Shown: positions 15,393 through 25,777, numbered from the stretch's first letter. The stretch: DNA of 64,000 bases from Candidatus Iainarchaeum sp. (GCA_016202305.1 JACQPB010000041.1:398-64397), one strand, 5' to 3'. Numbers and translations are program-made. Notes: a model not told the origin generated them from the sequence alone.

Positions 15393-16397
15393 ATGAGTAA
15401 GACCAAGGTGCTGAAGGTTCGCCGGAAAAAGGGCGCATCGCGCAAAATCCTGGAAGCCGCAGGCATGCTCAGGTCAGGGAACCTCGTGGCTTTCCCCACG
15501 GAAACCGTGTATGGCCTCGGGGCCAACGCCCTCGACAGGAAAGCCGTGCGGAAAATTTTCCGCGCAAAGGGACGGCCGGCCAACGACCCGCTGATTGTGC
15601 ACGTGGCAAGCGAGGCGCAGGTTTACACTCTCGTGAAGGGAGTCCCGCTGAGCGCGAAGCTCCTCATGGAAAAATTCTGGCCAGGACCGCTTACGATAGT
15701 GCTGCGGAAGTCGAAGGCCGTGCCACGCGAAGTCACGGCTGGCCTCGGCACTGTCGCAGTGAGGATGCCGGGAAATCCGATTGCCCTAGCGCTAATCAGC
15801 GCAGCTGGCATCCCTGTAGCTGCGCCATCAGCTAACCTGTTCGGAAAGCCATCGCCTACAAGAGCCAGAGATGTCCTCGATGACCTTGACGGGAGAATAA
15901 GTGTTTTGATTGACGGAGGGCGCACCAGGATAGGCATCGAGTCAACGGTCATTGACATGAGCGGCAAAACACCCGTGCTGCTCAGGCCGGGAAATGTCAC
16001 CCTGGAAGAACTCGAAAGTGCAATAGGCAAGGTCAAGGTTCACCCGCTTGTCAGGAAAAATCCGGGAAAAAATGCAGGAAACGCCGCTACGAGGTCCCCC
16101 GGAATGGCATACAGGCACTACGCGCCGCTCGCGGAAGTGGTGCTTGTGGAAGGGAAAGCCGCAAAAGTGCGCGAAAAGATTGGGGCGCTGGCAAAAGCCA
16201 TGAAAGGCAGGGCAGTGGTAATACGCACTGCAGGAAAAGGGAAAAATGAAATCGCTGCAGGCCTCTTCAGGCTTTTCAGGGAAGCAGACAGGAAAGGGGC
16301 GCAGGCAATAATCGTGGAAGGCATTGACGAGAAGGGCCTCGGCCTCGCGGTCATGAACCGCATAAGGAGGGCAGCGAAGAGGATAGTCAGGGTGTGA
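15393..16397 (+). CDS. sua5: threonylcarbamoyl-AMP synthase Sua5/YrdC
   Basis: VAFPTETVYGLGANA and KGRPANDPLIVHV are YrdC-domain motifs. A C-terminal Sua5 domain follows. Confidence 0.9.
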   Translation: MSKTKVLKVRRKKGASRKILEAAGMLRSGNLVAFPTETVYGLGANALDRKAVRKIFRAKGRPANDPLIVHVASEAQVYTLVKGVPLSAKLLMEKFWPGPLTIVLRKSKAVPREVTAGLGTVAVRMPGNPIALALISAAGIPVAAPSANLFGKPSPTRARDVLDDLDGRISVLIDGGRTRIGIESTVIDMSGKTPVLLRPGNVTLEELESAIGKVKVHPLVRKNPGKNAGNAATRSPGMAYRHYAPLAEVVLVEGKAAKVREKIGALAKAMKGRAVVIRTAGKGKNEIAAGLFRLFREADRKGAQAIIVEGIDEKGLGLAVMNRIRRAAKRIVRV

Positions 16398-16399
16398 AC

Positions 16400-17401
16400 A
16401 TGGAGCCAAAAATGAGAAAGAACCTTGCATGCCTCGCCCTCGAAGGAACGGCCCACACAGCCGGGGTGGCGGTCGTTGACGGCAGATGCGGTGTCCTTGC
16501 AGATGAGAGGCATTCCTTCACTTCCAAAACAGGAGGGATGGTACCGCGCGAGCTTGCGGAGCACCACACAGCCCGCTTTCCCGCACTGCTTGAGGCGGCG
16601 CTAGCAAAATCCGGCAAGGGCTTCGGGGAGATTGACTGCATCGCGTACAGCGCCGGCCCCGGAATAGGGAATGCACTGAGCGTCACCGCAACGGCCGCGA
16701 GGATTCTCGCCCTGCTGCGTGGACTGCCGATTGTGCCGGTGAACCATGCGGTGGCCCACATAGAGATTGCGAAAAAGCTCTGCGGGGCAAAAGACCCTTT
16801 GGTGCTTTACGTTTCAGGCGGAAACACACAGGTCATAGGCTATGAAAACGGGCGATATAGGGTGTATGGGGAGACCCTTGACATCGGCGTCGGGAACCTC
16901 CTTGACTCGTTTGGCAGGAGCCTCGGCATGGGCTTTCCGGCCGGCCCGGAGCTCGACAGGGTTTATTTCGAGGCGGTGGATTACATTGAATTGCCATATT
17001 CGGTAAAGGGGATGGATGTGGAATTCTCCGGCCTGCAGACAGCCGCCGAAAGGAAAATAGGGAAGGCTGGCAACGCAACGCTTGCCTACAGCATGATGCA
17101 CAATGCATTCGCTATGCTCACGGAAGTCACGGAGCGCGCACTCGCGCACACCGGGAAAAAGGAACTCATGGTAACCGGCGGGGTGGCTGCATCAAAGGCG
17201 CTGCAGAAAATGCTGGCCGAAATGTGCAGTGGCCGGGGCACGAAACTGAAGATGTGCCCCAGGGAATACGCCACGGACAACGCAGTGAATATCGCCTGGA
17301 CAGGCATGCAGATGTTCGGGGCCAAGAGGGCCGTGACTGCTGACAAGGCGTTCACTAACCAGGATTTCAGGGTGGATGCGGAGGAAGTGAATTGGCTATA
17401 A
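16400..17401 (+). CDS. kae1: tRNA N6-adenosine threonylcarbamoyltransferase Kae1
   Basis: LALEGTAHTAGVAVV, VNHAVAHIEI and SGGNTQVI match Kae1. The ORF overlaps the sua5 stop and is not fused to Bud32. Confidence 0.9.
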   Translation: MEPKMRKNLACLALEGTAHTAGVAVVDGRCGVLADERHSFTSKTGGMVPRELAEHHTARFPALLEAALAKSGKGFGEIDCIAYSAGPGIGNALSVTATAARILALLRGLPIVPVNHAVAHIEIAKKLCGAKDPLVLYVSGGNTQVIGYENGRYRVYGETLDIGVGNLLDSFGRSLGMGFPAGPELDRVYFEAVDYIELPYSVKGMDVEFSGLQTAAERKIGKAGNATLAYSMMHNAFAMLTEVTERALAHTGKKELMVTGGVAASKALQKMLAEMCSGRGTKLKMCPREYATDNAVNIAWTGMQMFGAKRAVTADKAFTNQDFRVDAEEVNWL

Positions 17402-17507
17402 GCCCCACTGTGCACCGGCAACGAACCCTGACAAAGCTTTTATTATGTCAGCACACAATTCCATATGAACAATTCAAACACGGAATGTTGCAAAAAATGG
17501 CGATGAC

Positions 17508-18740
17508 ATGGTGGAAGGCAGAGTCATAATTGGGGACAGCAGGCAGATGCTTGAAGTGCAGGACACTTCCGTTGATTTGGTAGTTACATCTCCGCCTTAC
17601 TGGCACATCAAAGATTACGGTGTTGACGGCCAAATAGGATTCGGACAGACTTTGCATAATTACCTGCAGGACCTGTGTTTGACATGGAAAGACTGCTATA
17701 GAGTGCTGAAGCCAGGAAGCAGGCTTTGTATAAACATCGGCGACCAATTTTTGAGAAGTGTAATTTACGGGAGGTATAAAATAGCCCCACTGCACTCGGA
17801 ATTCATTTCACAATGCGAGAAAGTAGGCTTTGATTACATGGGGGCCATAATCTGGCAAAAAAAGACAACTATGAACACTACTGGTGGCGCGGCAGTCATG
17901 GGCTCGTACCCGTATCCGCCAAACGGGCTTATTGAGATTGACTACGAGTTTATACTTTTGTTCAAAAAACCGGGCAAAAGGGAAGTCAGCAAGGAAATAA
18001 AAGAAAAATCGAAGATGAGCAAAGAAGAATGGAGACAATACTTTTCAGGTCACTGGGCGTTTGCGGGGGAAAGGCAGGGAGAGCATGAAGCTATGTTTCC
18101 GGAAGAGCTCCCAAAAAGGCTCGTGAAAATGTTTACATTTGTCGGAGACGTTGTTCTTGACCCATTTTTAGGAAGCGGAACAACAATAAAAATGTCGCTG
18201 GATTTGGGCAGAAACGGCATAGGCTATGAGATAAATCCAGGGTTCCTGCCGCTCATAAAGAAAAAAATCGGAATGACAAGCACTCTATTCAATAATAAAA
18301 AAATTGAAGTCCTGCAAAGACGGGAAAAAATAAACGTAAAACCATTTAACGATTATATTCCGGCCATCCAAGATGCGAATCCTGTGATTTCACCGGACAA
18401 ATTCAAATTCAAGGAAAAATTATACAAAGTAACAAAAATTAAAGACAAAAATCTTGTTGAACTTGATACCGGCCTTAATGTTAAACTCCATGGATTAAAT
18501 ATTATCCAGCAGAAGTCTTCCGAGGCAATAAAATATCTTGAAGAATATGTAAAAGGAAAACAGGTTTTTCTTAAGTTTGAACCGTCCGCCTTGCCAGAAA
18601 ACGAGATAATCCCCGCGTACATCTTTTTGAAGAATAAAATTTTCATCAACAAAGAAATGGTCAAAAGCGGCTTGGCTGAAATAGACGATAGCAAGTTCAT
18701 GTATAAGGAAAATTTCCTAAAAGCAAAACTCGGTGTTTGA
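17508..18740 (+). CDS. DNA amino-methyltransferase (beta class, N4-C or N6-A) with C-terminal SNase-like domain
   Basis: DLVVTSPPYWHIKDYG (motif IV) is followed ~200 aa later by VLDPFLGSGTT (motif I). The last ~110 aa align by eye to the staphylococcal-nuclease OB fold. The gene is A/T-rich. Confidence 0.85.
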   Translation: MVEGRVIIGDSRQMLEVQDTSVDLVVTSPPYWHIKDYGVDGQIGFGQTLHNYLQDLCLTWKDCYRVLKPGSRLCINIGDQFLRSVIYGRYKIAPLHSEFISQCEKVGFDYMGAIIWQKKTTMNTTGGAAVMGSYPYPPNGLIEIDYEFILLFKKPGKREVSKEIKEKSKMSKEEWRQYFSGHWAFAGERQGEHEAMFPEELPKRLVKMFTFVGDVVLDPFLGSGTTIKMSLDLGRNGIGYEINPGFLPLIKKKIGMTSTLFNNKKIEVLQRREKINVKPFNDYIPAIQDANPVISPDKFKFKEKLYKVTKIKDKNLVELDTGLNVKLHGLNIIQQKSSEAIKYLEEYVKGKQVFLKFEPSALPENEIIPAYIFLKNKIFINKEMVKSGLAEIDDSKFMYKENFLKAKLGV

Positions 18741-19373
18741 ATGGCAAAAGAATGGATTCTCAACAGCGCAAACATGAGGTGGGGCTTGCAACGTAAAAAA
18801 CAGGTTGGGGCAGTTTCTGAAGAAATAAGAAAATGCGCTCCAAAAACGGTGCAACAGTGGGAGCAGTATTATTACAAAAATATCAAACCAAAAGACCATC
18901 TCGTTTCTTTGGGGAAAAAATTGTATACCAAAATAACAGAGGTTTTGCCAGCTGAAATTGAAAGCATCACCGAAGAAGATTGCATCGAATTTGTTAAAAA
19001 TCTAGTAATACACAGAACTTTTGACGGATATGTAACTGAAAGACAAACCATCTATGGGCAGTTGCAAGACATCCTTAAAGTAAAAATTGAACCAGCCCCA
19101 GACGAATGGGACCGGCGGTATAACGTGGACTTCTTTATCAAAGAGAATGGTAAATTTATTGGCCTACAAATAAAGCCCGCGGGGGGAGTTTCGCATATCA
19201 CGCAAATTTACCAAGAAAGGGGCCAGCAAGCAAAAACGCACGAACAATTTATGAAAAAATTCGGCGGAAAGGTCTTTTATGTTATTTCGATAAAAGACGG
19301 CGACAAAAAGAAAATACACAATCCCGAAGTGATTTTGGAGATAGAGGAAGAAATAAGGCGCCTTCAAAAATAA
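18741..19373 (+). CDS. putative type II restriction endonuclease (PD-(D/E)xK-like)
   Basis: It starts 1 nt after the MTase stop. ..RRYNVDFFIKENGKFIGLQIKP.. fits a D...QxK core. I recall MjaI-type (CTAG) enzymes of similar size and context but cannot verify this. Confidence 0.5.
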   Translation: MAKEWILNSANMRWGLQRKKQVGAVSEEIRKCAPKTVQQWEQYYYKNIKPKDHLVSLGKKLYTKITEVLPAEIESITEEDCIEFVKNLVIHRTFDGYVTERQTIYGQLQDILKVKIEPAPDEWDRRYNVDFFIKENGKFIGLQIKPAGGVSHITQIYQERGQQAKTHEQFMKKFGGKVFYVISIKDGDKKKIHNPEVILEIEEEIRRLQK

Positions 19374-19394
19374 TTTCCCGGCGCAAGCCGAAAT

Positions 19395-19928
19395 TCATGC
19401 CATGACAAATTTTTCCTGCACGTAGAAGTACAGCGGCCACGAGAGCACCAGCAGGAAAATCAGGATGTTGAATGGATATGGCGCCACGTTCAGGGCCGGG
19501 TTCTGGTAGATGTACGCGGAAATCACCACTATCGAAAATATGGCCAGCTCAAGGAGGAAGGTGCGGAGGTTTTTCCTGCGCATTATGGAATTAGTGCGTG
19601 AAGCCCTGTATGACTGGGTATAAGTGTATATGTGGATAATCGCGTACAGGGCGATGCCGAATATTATGAAGTTGAAAGGCTCCTGCAGGGTGCTTATGCG
19701 CGCATCGAGGAATACATAAATGGCCCCTATTATTGCCAGGGTAAGGAAGAATTCCGCCGCAAGCAGGGCGGCAAGGTGCTTGTCTGAAAGCACGGTGCGC
19801 ACCTTCTCCCTCGCCTTGTCAATAAGGAGGTAGCTGACGTCCCAACTGAAGCCCTGGTGCCTGTGGCCTGCCATATGATGGAATATATGGCACATGAAGG
19901 ATTTATAGTTTATGTTGGGGGCCAACAC
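19395..19928 (-). CDS. multi-pass membrane protein (hypothetical)
   Basis: It has four or more hydrophobic helices (..LAALLAAEFFLTLAIIGAIYVFL.., ..FNFIIFGIALYAIIHIY.., ..LELAIFSIVVISAYIY.., ..FNILIFLLVLSWPLYFY). No family was recognised. Confidence 0.5.
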   Translation of the reverse strand: MLAPNINYKSFMCHIFHHMAGHRHQGFSWDVSYLLIDKAREKVRTVLSDKHLAALLAAEFFLTLAIIGAIYVFLDARISTLQEPFNFIIFGIALYAIIHIYTYTQSYRASRTNSIMRRKNLRTFLLELAIFSIVVISAYIYQNPALNVAPYPFNILIFLLVLSWPLYFYVQEKFVMA

Positions 19929-19949
19929 ACGATTAGGCTGAATCCCCTT

Positions 19950-20393
19950 TTACCCTTTGAACACCCTTGGTGAAACACCCAGGAGTTCCTCGTCTATTTC
20001 CATCGCGGTTTTCTTCATTTTCGCGAAAATGCGCTCAATGTCCTCCTCTATCTCCTCTATGGTACGGTAAATGGAGCGCGAGCGTGCGCTGTAATAGCGG
20101 CCGCTGCGCACTATGAGGCCGGAGCGCATGAGGTTATTCAGGTGGTTTATGACCGCGCCGCGGCTCATGCCGACACGCTCGGCAATGGCGCTTGAGGTGA
20201 GGGCCTCGCCGCTGTCGGTGGCACGCACTATTTCCTTGAATATCGCGACAGCAACCTTGTCCCTGTCAATCGGCTCGAGGAATCCCAAAGACTGGCATAT
20301 CCATTCGAGCTCGTCAACCGGCCTTGCCTTGAACGGCTGTTCGACACGCCTTATCACAATCTTGAATGCCGTTGCGCGCCTCTGCCGCTCCAT
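19950..20393 (-). CDS. winged-helix transcriptional regulator, divergent from grpE
   Basis: Only the C-terminal 147 aa of track ORF 19950..20996 look real: MERQRR..AIAERVGMSRGAVINHLNNLMRSGLIVRSGRYY.. (HTH plus wing). The upstream part of that ORF is antisense to grpE. Confidence 0.65.
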   Translation of the reverse strand: MERQRRATAFKIVIRRVEQPFKARPVDELEWICQSLGFLEPIDRDKVAVAIFKEIVRATDSGEALTSSAIAERVGMSRGAVINHLNNLMRSGLIVRSGRYYSARSRSIYRTIEEIEEDIERIFAKMKKTAMEIDEELLGVSPRVFKG

Positions 20394-20492
20394 GAAAAAT
20401 AGTCCTGCAGAAAGCTTTAAAAAGATTTTGATTGAAAAGAACTGTAAATGTCCAAGAAGTTTGGACGTTTTACATGATTTTGTGGTGTTAAA

Positions 20493-21077
20493 TTGAAAAA
20501 AGGTAATGAAGGAAAAAGCGGGAGCGTGGGAAATGCCGGACATGGCACAGCGCCGCAGGATTTGGAGAATGCGCACACGACCGCCGAAAAAGACCGTGAA
20601 AAACCCCATGAGAAAGAAATAGAGGAGCTGAAGAAAATCGCGGCCGACTACAAGGAAACTCTGCAGCGCATGCAGGCCGAATTCGAGAACGCCGACAAGA
20701 GGCTTGAGCGCGAGAAGGAGGAATTCGTGAAGTTCGCGGCTTTCATGGCCATCACGAAATTCCTGCCAATAGCGGACTCGATTGAGGAAGGGATGAAGGA
20801 GGCTGAAAAAACCGGCAATTCTGCAATGAAGGAAGGGTTCGAAAAGCTGCAGAAGCAGTTCATGCAGGCACTTGAAATGAACGGCGTGAAAAGGATTGAA
20901 AGCGTCGGGAAAAAGTTCGACCATGAAATGCACGAAGTGCTGATGACCGCAAAAGAGGAAAGCAAGGAGGACGGCATCGTCCTCGAGGAATTCCATAAAG
21001 GATACATGATGAATGGCAGGGTTCTGAGGCCGGCGAAAGTGAAAGTGAACAAGAAAGAAGAAACTATCACGAAGTGA
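20493..21077 (+). CDS. grpE: nucleotide exchange factor GrpE
   Basis: YKETLQRMQAEFENADKRLEREKEE..FLPIADSIEEG..FDHEMHEVLM..GYMMNGRVLRPAKVKV matches GrpE. A TTG or GTG start is likely. Confidence 0.85.
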   Translation: MKKGNEGKSGSVGNAGHGTAPQDLENAHTTAEKDREKPHEKEIEELKKIAADYKETLQRMQAEFENADKRLEREKEEFVKFAAFMAITKFLPIADSIEEGMKEAEKTGNSAMKEGFEKLQKQFMQALEMNGVKRIESVGKKFDHEMHEVLMTAKEESKEDGIVLEEFHKGYMMNGRVLRPAKVKVNKKEETITK

Positions 21078-21148
21078 TTTTTATTACACTTAAAACACAC
21101 CAAAAAACATGCTATGGTTAAGGAAATTTTGAGGGAGGTTGATTGAAC

Positions 21149-23038
21149 ATGGCAAAAATAATAGGCGTGGACTTAGGCACGACGAATTCGGGTGCTGCGT
21201 TTTTAGAGGGGGGAAAACCAAAGATAATACCCTCTGCAGAAGGAATGACGGTCTATGGCAAGGCGTTCCCAAGCGCCGTGGCATTCACAAAGGACGGACA
21301 GCTACTCGTGGGCGAGCCGGCAAGGAGGCAGGCCGTCAGCAACCCGGAAAGGACATTCTTCGGATTCAAGAGGAAAATGGGCACCGACTACAAGTACAAG
21401 GCCGGCGGGAAGGAATACACGCCCCAGCAGCTCTCGGCATTCGTGCTCCAGAAGATAAAGAAGGACGCCGAGGCTTTCCTGGGCGAGAAGGTGGAGAAAG
21501 CGGTCATTACAGTGCCAGCGTACTTCGACGACAACCAGAGGCAGGCAACAAAAGACGCGGGCGCCATCGCCGGCCTTGAAGTGATAAGGATAGTCAACGA
21601 ACCCACAGCCGCCTCAATGGCTTACGGCCTTGACAAGAAGACCCAGAACTTCAAGATTCTGGTGTTCGACCTCGGCGGCGGAACGCTCGACGTGACGATA
21701 ATGGAGTACAGCGACGGCGTCTTCGAGGTGAAAAGCACTTCAGGAGATACACAGCTTGGCGGCCGTGACATGGACACGGCCCTAATAAACCACCTTGTCA
21801 AAGAGTTCAAGGCCATGGAGGGGGTGGACCTCTCCAAGGACGCAACGGCAATGCAGAGGCTCTCCGAGGCCGCGGAAAAGGCAAAGATAGAACTCTCAAC
21901 CGTGCTCGAGACCGAAATAAACCTGCCGTACATCACGGCCACGAACGAGGGGCCGAAACACATGCAATCAAAGCTCAACAGGGCAAAGCTCGACGAGCTC
22001 GTCGCACCCATAATAAAGAGGTGCTCGAAGCCCGTGCAGCAGGCGCTCGCGGACGCGAAGATGACCCCCGCGGACATCAGCAAGGTTGTTCTGGTAGGCG
22101 GCCCCACCAGGATGCCGACGGTGCAGGACTTCATAGAGAAGGAAGTCGGCATTACAGTGGAGCGTGGCGTTGACCCGATGGAATGCGTCGCTGCTGGCGC
22201 CGCAATACAGGCAGGAGTGCTTTCAGGGGATGTAAAGGATGTTTTGCTCCTTGATGTCACGCCGCTCAGCCTAGGAATAGAAACCCTTGGAGGGGTTTTC
22301 ACCAAGCTCATAGAGAGGAACACCACCATACCCACGAAAAAGAGCCAGGTGTTTTCAACTGCCGCGGACAGCCAACCAGCGGTTGACATACACGTGCTGC
22401 AAGGCGAGAGGCAGATGGCCAATGACAACAAGGAACTCGGCAGGTTCCAACTCACTGGCATACTGCCGGCGCCACGTGGCGTCCCGCAGATAGAGGTCAC
22501 GTTCGACATAGACGCGAACGGCATAGTGCACGTTGCCGCAAAGGACCTAGGCACCGGCAAGGAGCAGAGCGTGAAGATAGTGGCCTCGCAGAAGCTCGGC
22601 GAGGAAGAGATAGAGCGCATGAGGAAGGATGCGGAAGCGCACGAATCCGAGGACAAGAAGAGGCGCGAGGAGGTAGAAACAGTCAACAGTGCTGACGCTA
22701 TGGTGTACAGCACCGAGAAGATGCTTGAGGAAATGAAGGGAAAGTTCCCCGAGGACAAGGCATCCGCGGTGAAAGGCAAGCTCGAGGAAATCAAGAAGCT
22801 GCTCGGCGCGGAACCGAAGGACACGGCAAGGATAAAGTCCATGCTGGAGGAAATCACCCGCGATGTCCAAGCAATGTCATCGGAGATATACAAGAAGGCC
22901 GGCGCAGGGAACGCTGCAGGAGGCCCCGGCGGCAATGGCGGGCCGGAAAGCGGAAAAGGGAGGAAAAAAGGGAAGGAGGAGGAAGGCGGAGACAACGTGG
23001 TTGACGCTGACTTCACGGAAGAGGAAGCCAAGAAATGA
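21149..23038 (+). CDS. dnaK: chaperone DnaK (Hsp70)
   Basis: [17 protein letters not shown].., [10 protein letters not shown] and [10 protein letters not shown] are Hsp70 signatures. Confidence 0.97.
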   Translation: MAKIIGVDLGTTNSGAAFLEGGKPKIIPSAEGMTVYGKAFPSAVAFTKDGQLLVGEPARRQAVSNPERTFFGFKRKMGTDYKYKAGGKEYTPQQLSAFVLQKIKKDAEAFLGEKVEKAVITVPAYFDDNQRQATKDAGAIAGLEVIRIVNEPTAASMAYGLDKKTQNFKILVFDLGGGTLDVTIMEYSDGVFEVKSTSGDTQLGGRDMDTALINHLVKEFKAMEGVDLSKDATAMQRLSEAAEKAKIELSTVLETEINLPYITATNEGPKHMQSKLNRAKLDELVAPIIKRCSKPVQQALADAKMTPADISKVVLVGGPTRMPTVQDFIEKEVGITVERGVDPMECVAAGAAIQAGVLSGDVKDVLLLDVTPLSLGIETLGGVFTKLIERNTTIPTKKSQVFSTAADSQPAVDIHVLQGERQMANDNKELGRFQLTGILPAPRGVPQIEVTFDIDANGIVHVAAKDLGTGKEQSVKIVASQKLGEEEIERMRKDAEAHESEDKKRREEVETVNSADAMVYSTEKMLEEMKGKFPEDKASAVKGKLEEIKKLLGAEPKDTARIKSMLEEITRDVQAMSSEIYKKAGAGNAAGGPGGNGGPESGKGRKKGKEEEGGDNVVDADFTEEEAKK

Positions 23039-23134
23039 TTATTCAGTAGGCTCACAACGGCCGGTGCTGCATTGGCAGCACCGGCCACATTACCATTTGG
23101 TTTTAAAACGAGTTCCGGAAATATGGGCGTCTGC

Positions 23135-24274
23135 ATGGCAAAGGACTACTACGAAACGCTCGGCATCCAAAGGAACGCCAGCCAGGAAGAGATAACAAGG
23201 GCGTACAAGGAGCTCGCGAAGAAATACCACCCTGACATCAGCAAGGAAAGGGGCGCGGAGGAAAAATTCAAGGAAGTCCAGCACGCATATTCAGTCCTCG
23301 GGGACGGGCAGAAGCGCCGCAACTACGACCAATTCGGCTCGGAAGCGGAAAGGTTCTCCGGCTTTTCAGGGTTCAACGCAGGCGGCTTCTCGAACACGGA
23401 AGCAGACTTCTCCGACATCTTCGAATCGTTCGGCTTCGGCCGCGGATTCTCCGACATCTTCGGCGCGGAATTCGGAGGAGGAAGGGCCGGCCCGAGGCGC
23501 GGAGAAAACATGGCTGTCAGGCTAAACCTCACTTTTGAGGAAGCGGCCTTCGGCACGAAAAAGGAGATAGAGCTTGAGCGCATCGAGGAATGCGGAAACT
23601 GCCACGGCTCCGGGGCGAGGCCGGGAACGAGCATCGAAACTTGCAGGGTGTGCGGCGGAAGCGGGATGGAGAGGAGCACGCGCAGGACTTTCCTAGGAGT
23701 GATACAGACACAAAGCACGTGCAGGAAGTGCCGCGGCTCCGGGGAAACGGTCTCTGACCCGTGTCCCGAATGCTCCGGAAAAGGGAACGTGCACAGGAGG
23801 AAGAAGATTACCATTTCCGTACCTGAAGGAATAGACACGGGCCAGCAATTGCGCCTGAAAGGGCAGGGCAACTACGGCGAGAAAGGCGCCGGAAGGGGAG
23901 ACCTCATAGCGATAGTGTATGTAGAGCCGCATGAAATCTTCAGGCGCGATGGAACCGACATATTCATGGAAGCCCCGCTCTCCTTCAGCGAGGCCGCGCT
24001 CGGCGCGGCAATAGAGGTGCCTACGCTGAAAGGAAAGGCCAAGCTCAGAATCCCGGCGGGAACACAGGGAGGCACTATTTTCAAGATGACCGGAAAGGGA
24101 GTGAAGGCCGTTGACAGGAACGCATACGGCGACGAATACGTGAAAGTGCTCGTGCGCACGCCTGAAAAACCCTCGAAGCGCGAGCGCGAGCTCCTCGAAA
24201 AGCTCGCGGAGGAAGAGGAAGTCTCGAGGAAGAGGAACAGCTTCTTCGACAGGTTCAAGGGAATGTTCGGGTGA
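23135..24274 (+). CDS. dnaJ: co-chaperone DnaJ
   Basis: It has a J domain ([14 protein letters not shown]), a G/F region and four CxxCxGxG repeats ([32 protein letters not shown]). Confidence 0.95.
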   Translation: MAKDYYETLGIQRNASQEEITRAYKELAKKYHPDISKERGAEEKFKEVQHAYSVLGDGQKRRNYDQFGSEAERFSGFSGFNAGGFSNTEADFSDIFESFGFGRGFSDIFGAEFGGGRAGPRRGENMAVRLNLTFEEAAFGTKKEIELERIEECGNCHGSGARPGTSIETCRVCGGSGMERSTRRTFLGVIQTQSTCRKCRGSGETVSDPCPECSGKGNVHRRKKITISVPEGIDTGQQLRLKGQGNYGEKGAGRGDLIAIVYVEPHEIFRRDGTDIFMEAPLSFSEAALGAAIEVPTLKGKAKLRIPAGTQGGTIFKMTGKGVKAVDRNAYGDEYVKVLVRTPEKPSKRERELLEKLAEEEEVSRKRNSFFDRFKGMFG

Positions 24275-24280
24275 AGGCCA

Positions 24281-24808
24281 ATGCAAAGACGCATGGTGGA
24301 TATAATAAAACCGTTTGTTGGACAGAGAAAGTGGCACCCACACCAAAAAGACCAAATAGAAAGAGCAATGTTCTACATGATAAAGAGGGCCGAGAAAGAG
24401 GCCGAGAAAAGAGCGGGTCGCAATAATAGAAAACCTACTTTGAATGACATTGCTTTGGAATTTATAGTGCTCAGAAGATTTGAACGAATCATCATTACGC
24501 AAGAATTTAATATTGCGAAAAGAAAATTTGAAAATGAGATACATAAAAAGCCCCAAATAATAAAGAGGGAGTGGATTGCGGGGCTTTACACGGCATTGAG
24601 GGAAGACTACGAAAAATGGGCTGCTTTGCCGAAGCTAAGGAAAGAAGATTCTGGAGAAATTGAGCTTTCTAAAATGGCTCAACGCTTGGTCATCAGGAAA
24701 CTCGTTCGCAGCATAATAGGCGAAAATAAAATAGGCAGAGCAACAGACATAGAAATTGGGGAAGCAGAGGAAAAAGTATTCGGCAAGTATGACATAGAAG
24801 TCGATTAA
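24281..24808 (+). CDS. hypothetical helical protein
   Basis: A 175-aa ORF starting 6 nt after dnaJ. It is A/T-richer than dnaJ. No family was recognised. Confidence 0.45.
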   Translation: MQRRMVDIIKPFVGQRKWHPHQKDQIERAMFYMIKRAEKEAEKRAGRNNRKPTLNDIALEFIVLRRFERIIITQEFNIAKRKFENEIHKKPQIIKREWIAGLYTALREDYEKWAALPKLRKEDSGEIELSKMAQRLVIRKLVRSIIGENKIGRATDIEIGEAEEKVFGKYDIEVD

Positions 24809-25680
24809 ACAAGTTCCGTATAAGTAACCGTGAAAGCATAAGCCAAAGCCAGCAGAATTATTGCCGCCACTTCAAGCACAAGAAGTACATTGCAGATAAG
24901 CCTTGCGTTCCCGTTTTCATGAGCCTTCACCCTGCCTCTGGCAATCAAACTCAGCACTGCCTGCAAAGGCGGGGTGAGCAAAGCAAGCATTCCTATCCCT
25001 GAAGAGCCTCCAAACGGGAATAGAATCGTAGCCGCGATAAGAGCAAGCCAAATGAGGAACTTTACCGCATAAAGCCTTTTCACAGAGCCGTCTTTTGAAA
25101 GGAAAAACAGGGCCAGCGGCAGCAAAACAAGGGCGCCGAGGATTGTGAAGAAAAAAATCAAAAAAAGCTGCGGCCCCGAACCATCCGAGGCTGAATATGG
25201 TTCGGCTTTTGTGAGGACAATTACGCACCCGATGCGGGATGTAGAAGGGCTGAAGCCGCATTCGCGCACGAGGTCAACCGAGGCAAGGTCAGCATCAGAA
25301 TAATCGCTTATTGTCTCCCGCAGCTCACTCTGCCTGTCGCAAAGAAGCCGGTAGGAAACACGGTAATTTCCTTTGAGCCCGATTACCTTTCCCTCCTCAA
25401 GAACCTCGAAGCTGCTGCCCCCGCGCAGCCTTCCGGGGGAAATGCAGATTTGCTCCTCTGGAAGCACGCCTGACTCAGTAGCAATGGAATTGGAATCAAT
25501 CATGGGCTCGAAGGCCGAGAGATTATTAACATCCTTGACTAGCCCCGGAGAATACGCCAACGTTTCCAAGTGATATGCAATAGTGTAGTAAGAGGGAAGA
25601 GGCGGCGAAGCCACAATGCTGGAATGGGCAAATGACGCGGCAAGAAAAACAAAAAGTATAGGCAGGACAAACCGCTTCAT
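24805..25680 (-). CDS. secreted/membrane protein (hypothetical)
   Basis: Internal start MKRFVLPILFVFLAASFAHS (signal peptide), a ~170-aa extracytoplasmic part, then 4-5 C-terminal TM helices. Confidence 0.55.
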   Translation of the reverse strand: MKRFVLPILFVFLAASFAHSSIVASPPLPSYYTIAYHLETLAYSPGLVKDVNNLSAFEPMIDSNSIATESGVLPEEQICISPGRLRGGSSFEVLEEGKVIGLKGNYRVSYRLLCDRQSELRETISDYSDADLASVDLVRECGFSPSTSRIGCVIVLTKAEPYSASDGSGPQLFLIFFFTILGALVLLPLALFFLSKDGSVKRLYAVKFLIWLALIAATILFPFGGSSGIGMLALLTPPLQAVLSLIARGRVKAHENGNARLICNVLLVLEVAAIILLALAYAFTVTYTELV

Positions 25681-25777
25681 GCCAATAGTACATGCATTGC
25701 GGAATTTAAGGCTTTGGAAATGGTTAGGCGACGGCCAGCATATCAGACCCGGCAGCGTAACGAGGCATCGCGCAAAA

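Noticed and set aside
20394-20996. N-terminal ~200 aa of the 348-aa track ORF 19950..20996.
   Set aside because: This part is antisense to grpE and has no protein-like pattern. Only the last 147 aa, from ATG 20393, form a coherent wHTH protein.
21622-23136. 504-aa ORF antisense to dnaK, with similar long antisense ORFs at 27620..29029 (valS), 45152..46378 (DP2), 11292..12278 (aIF2gamma), 41673..42602 (DP1), 50638..51192 and 60231..60902.
   Set aside because: Each lies entirely opposite a confidently identified gene and has Ser/Pro/Ala-rich, low-information sequence. Stop-poor antisense frames are expected from the GC-rich, RNY-biased codon usage of the sense genes.
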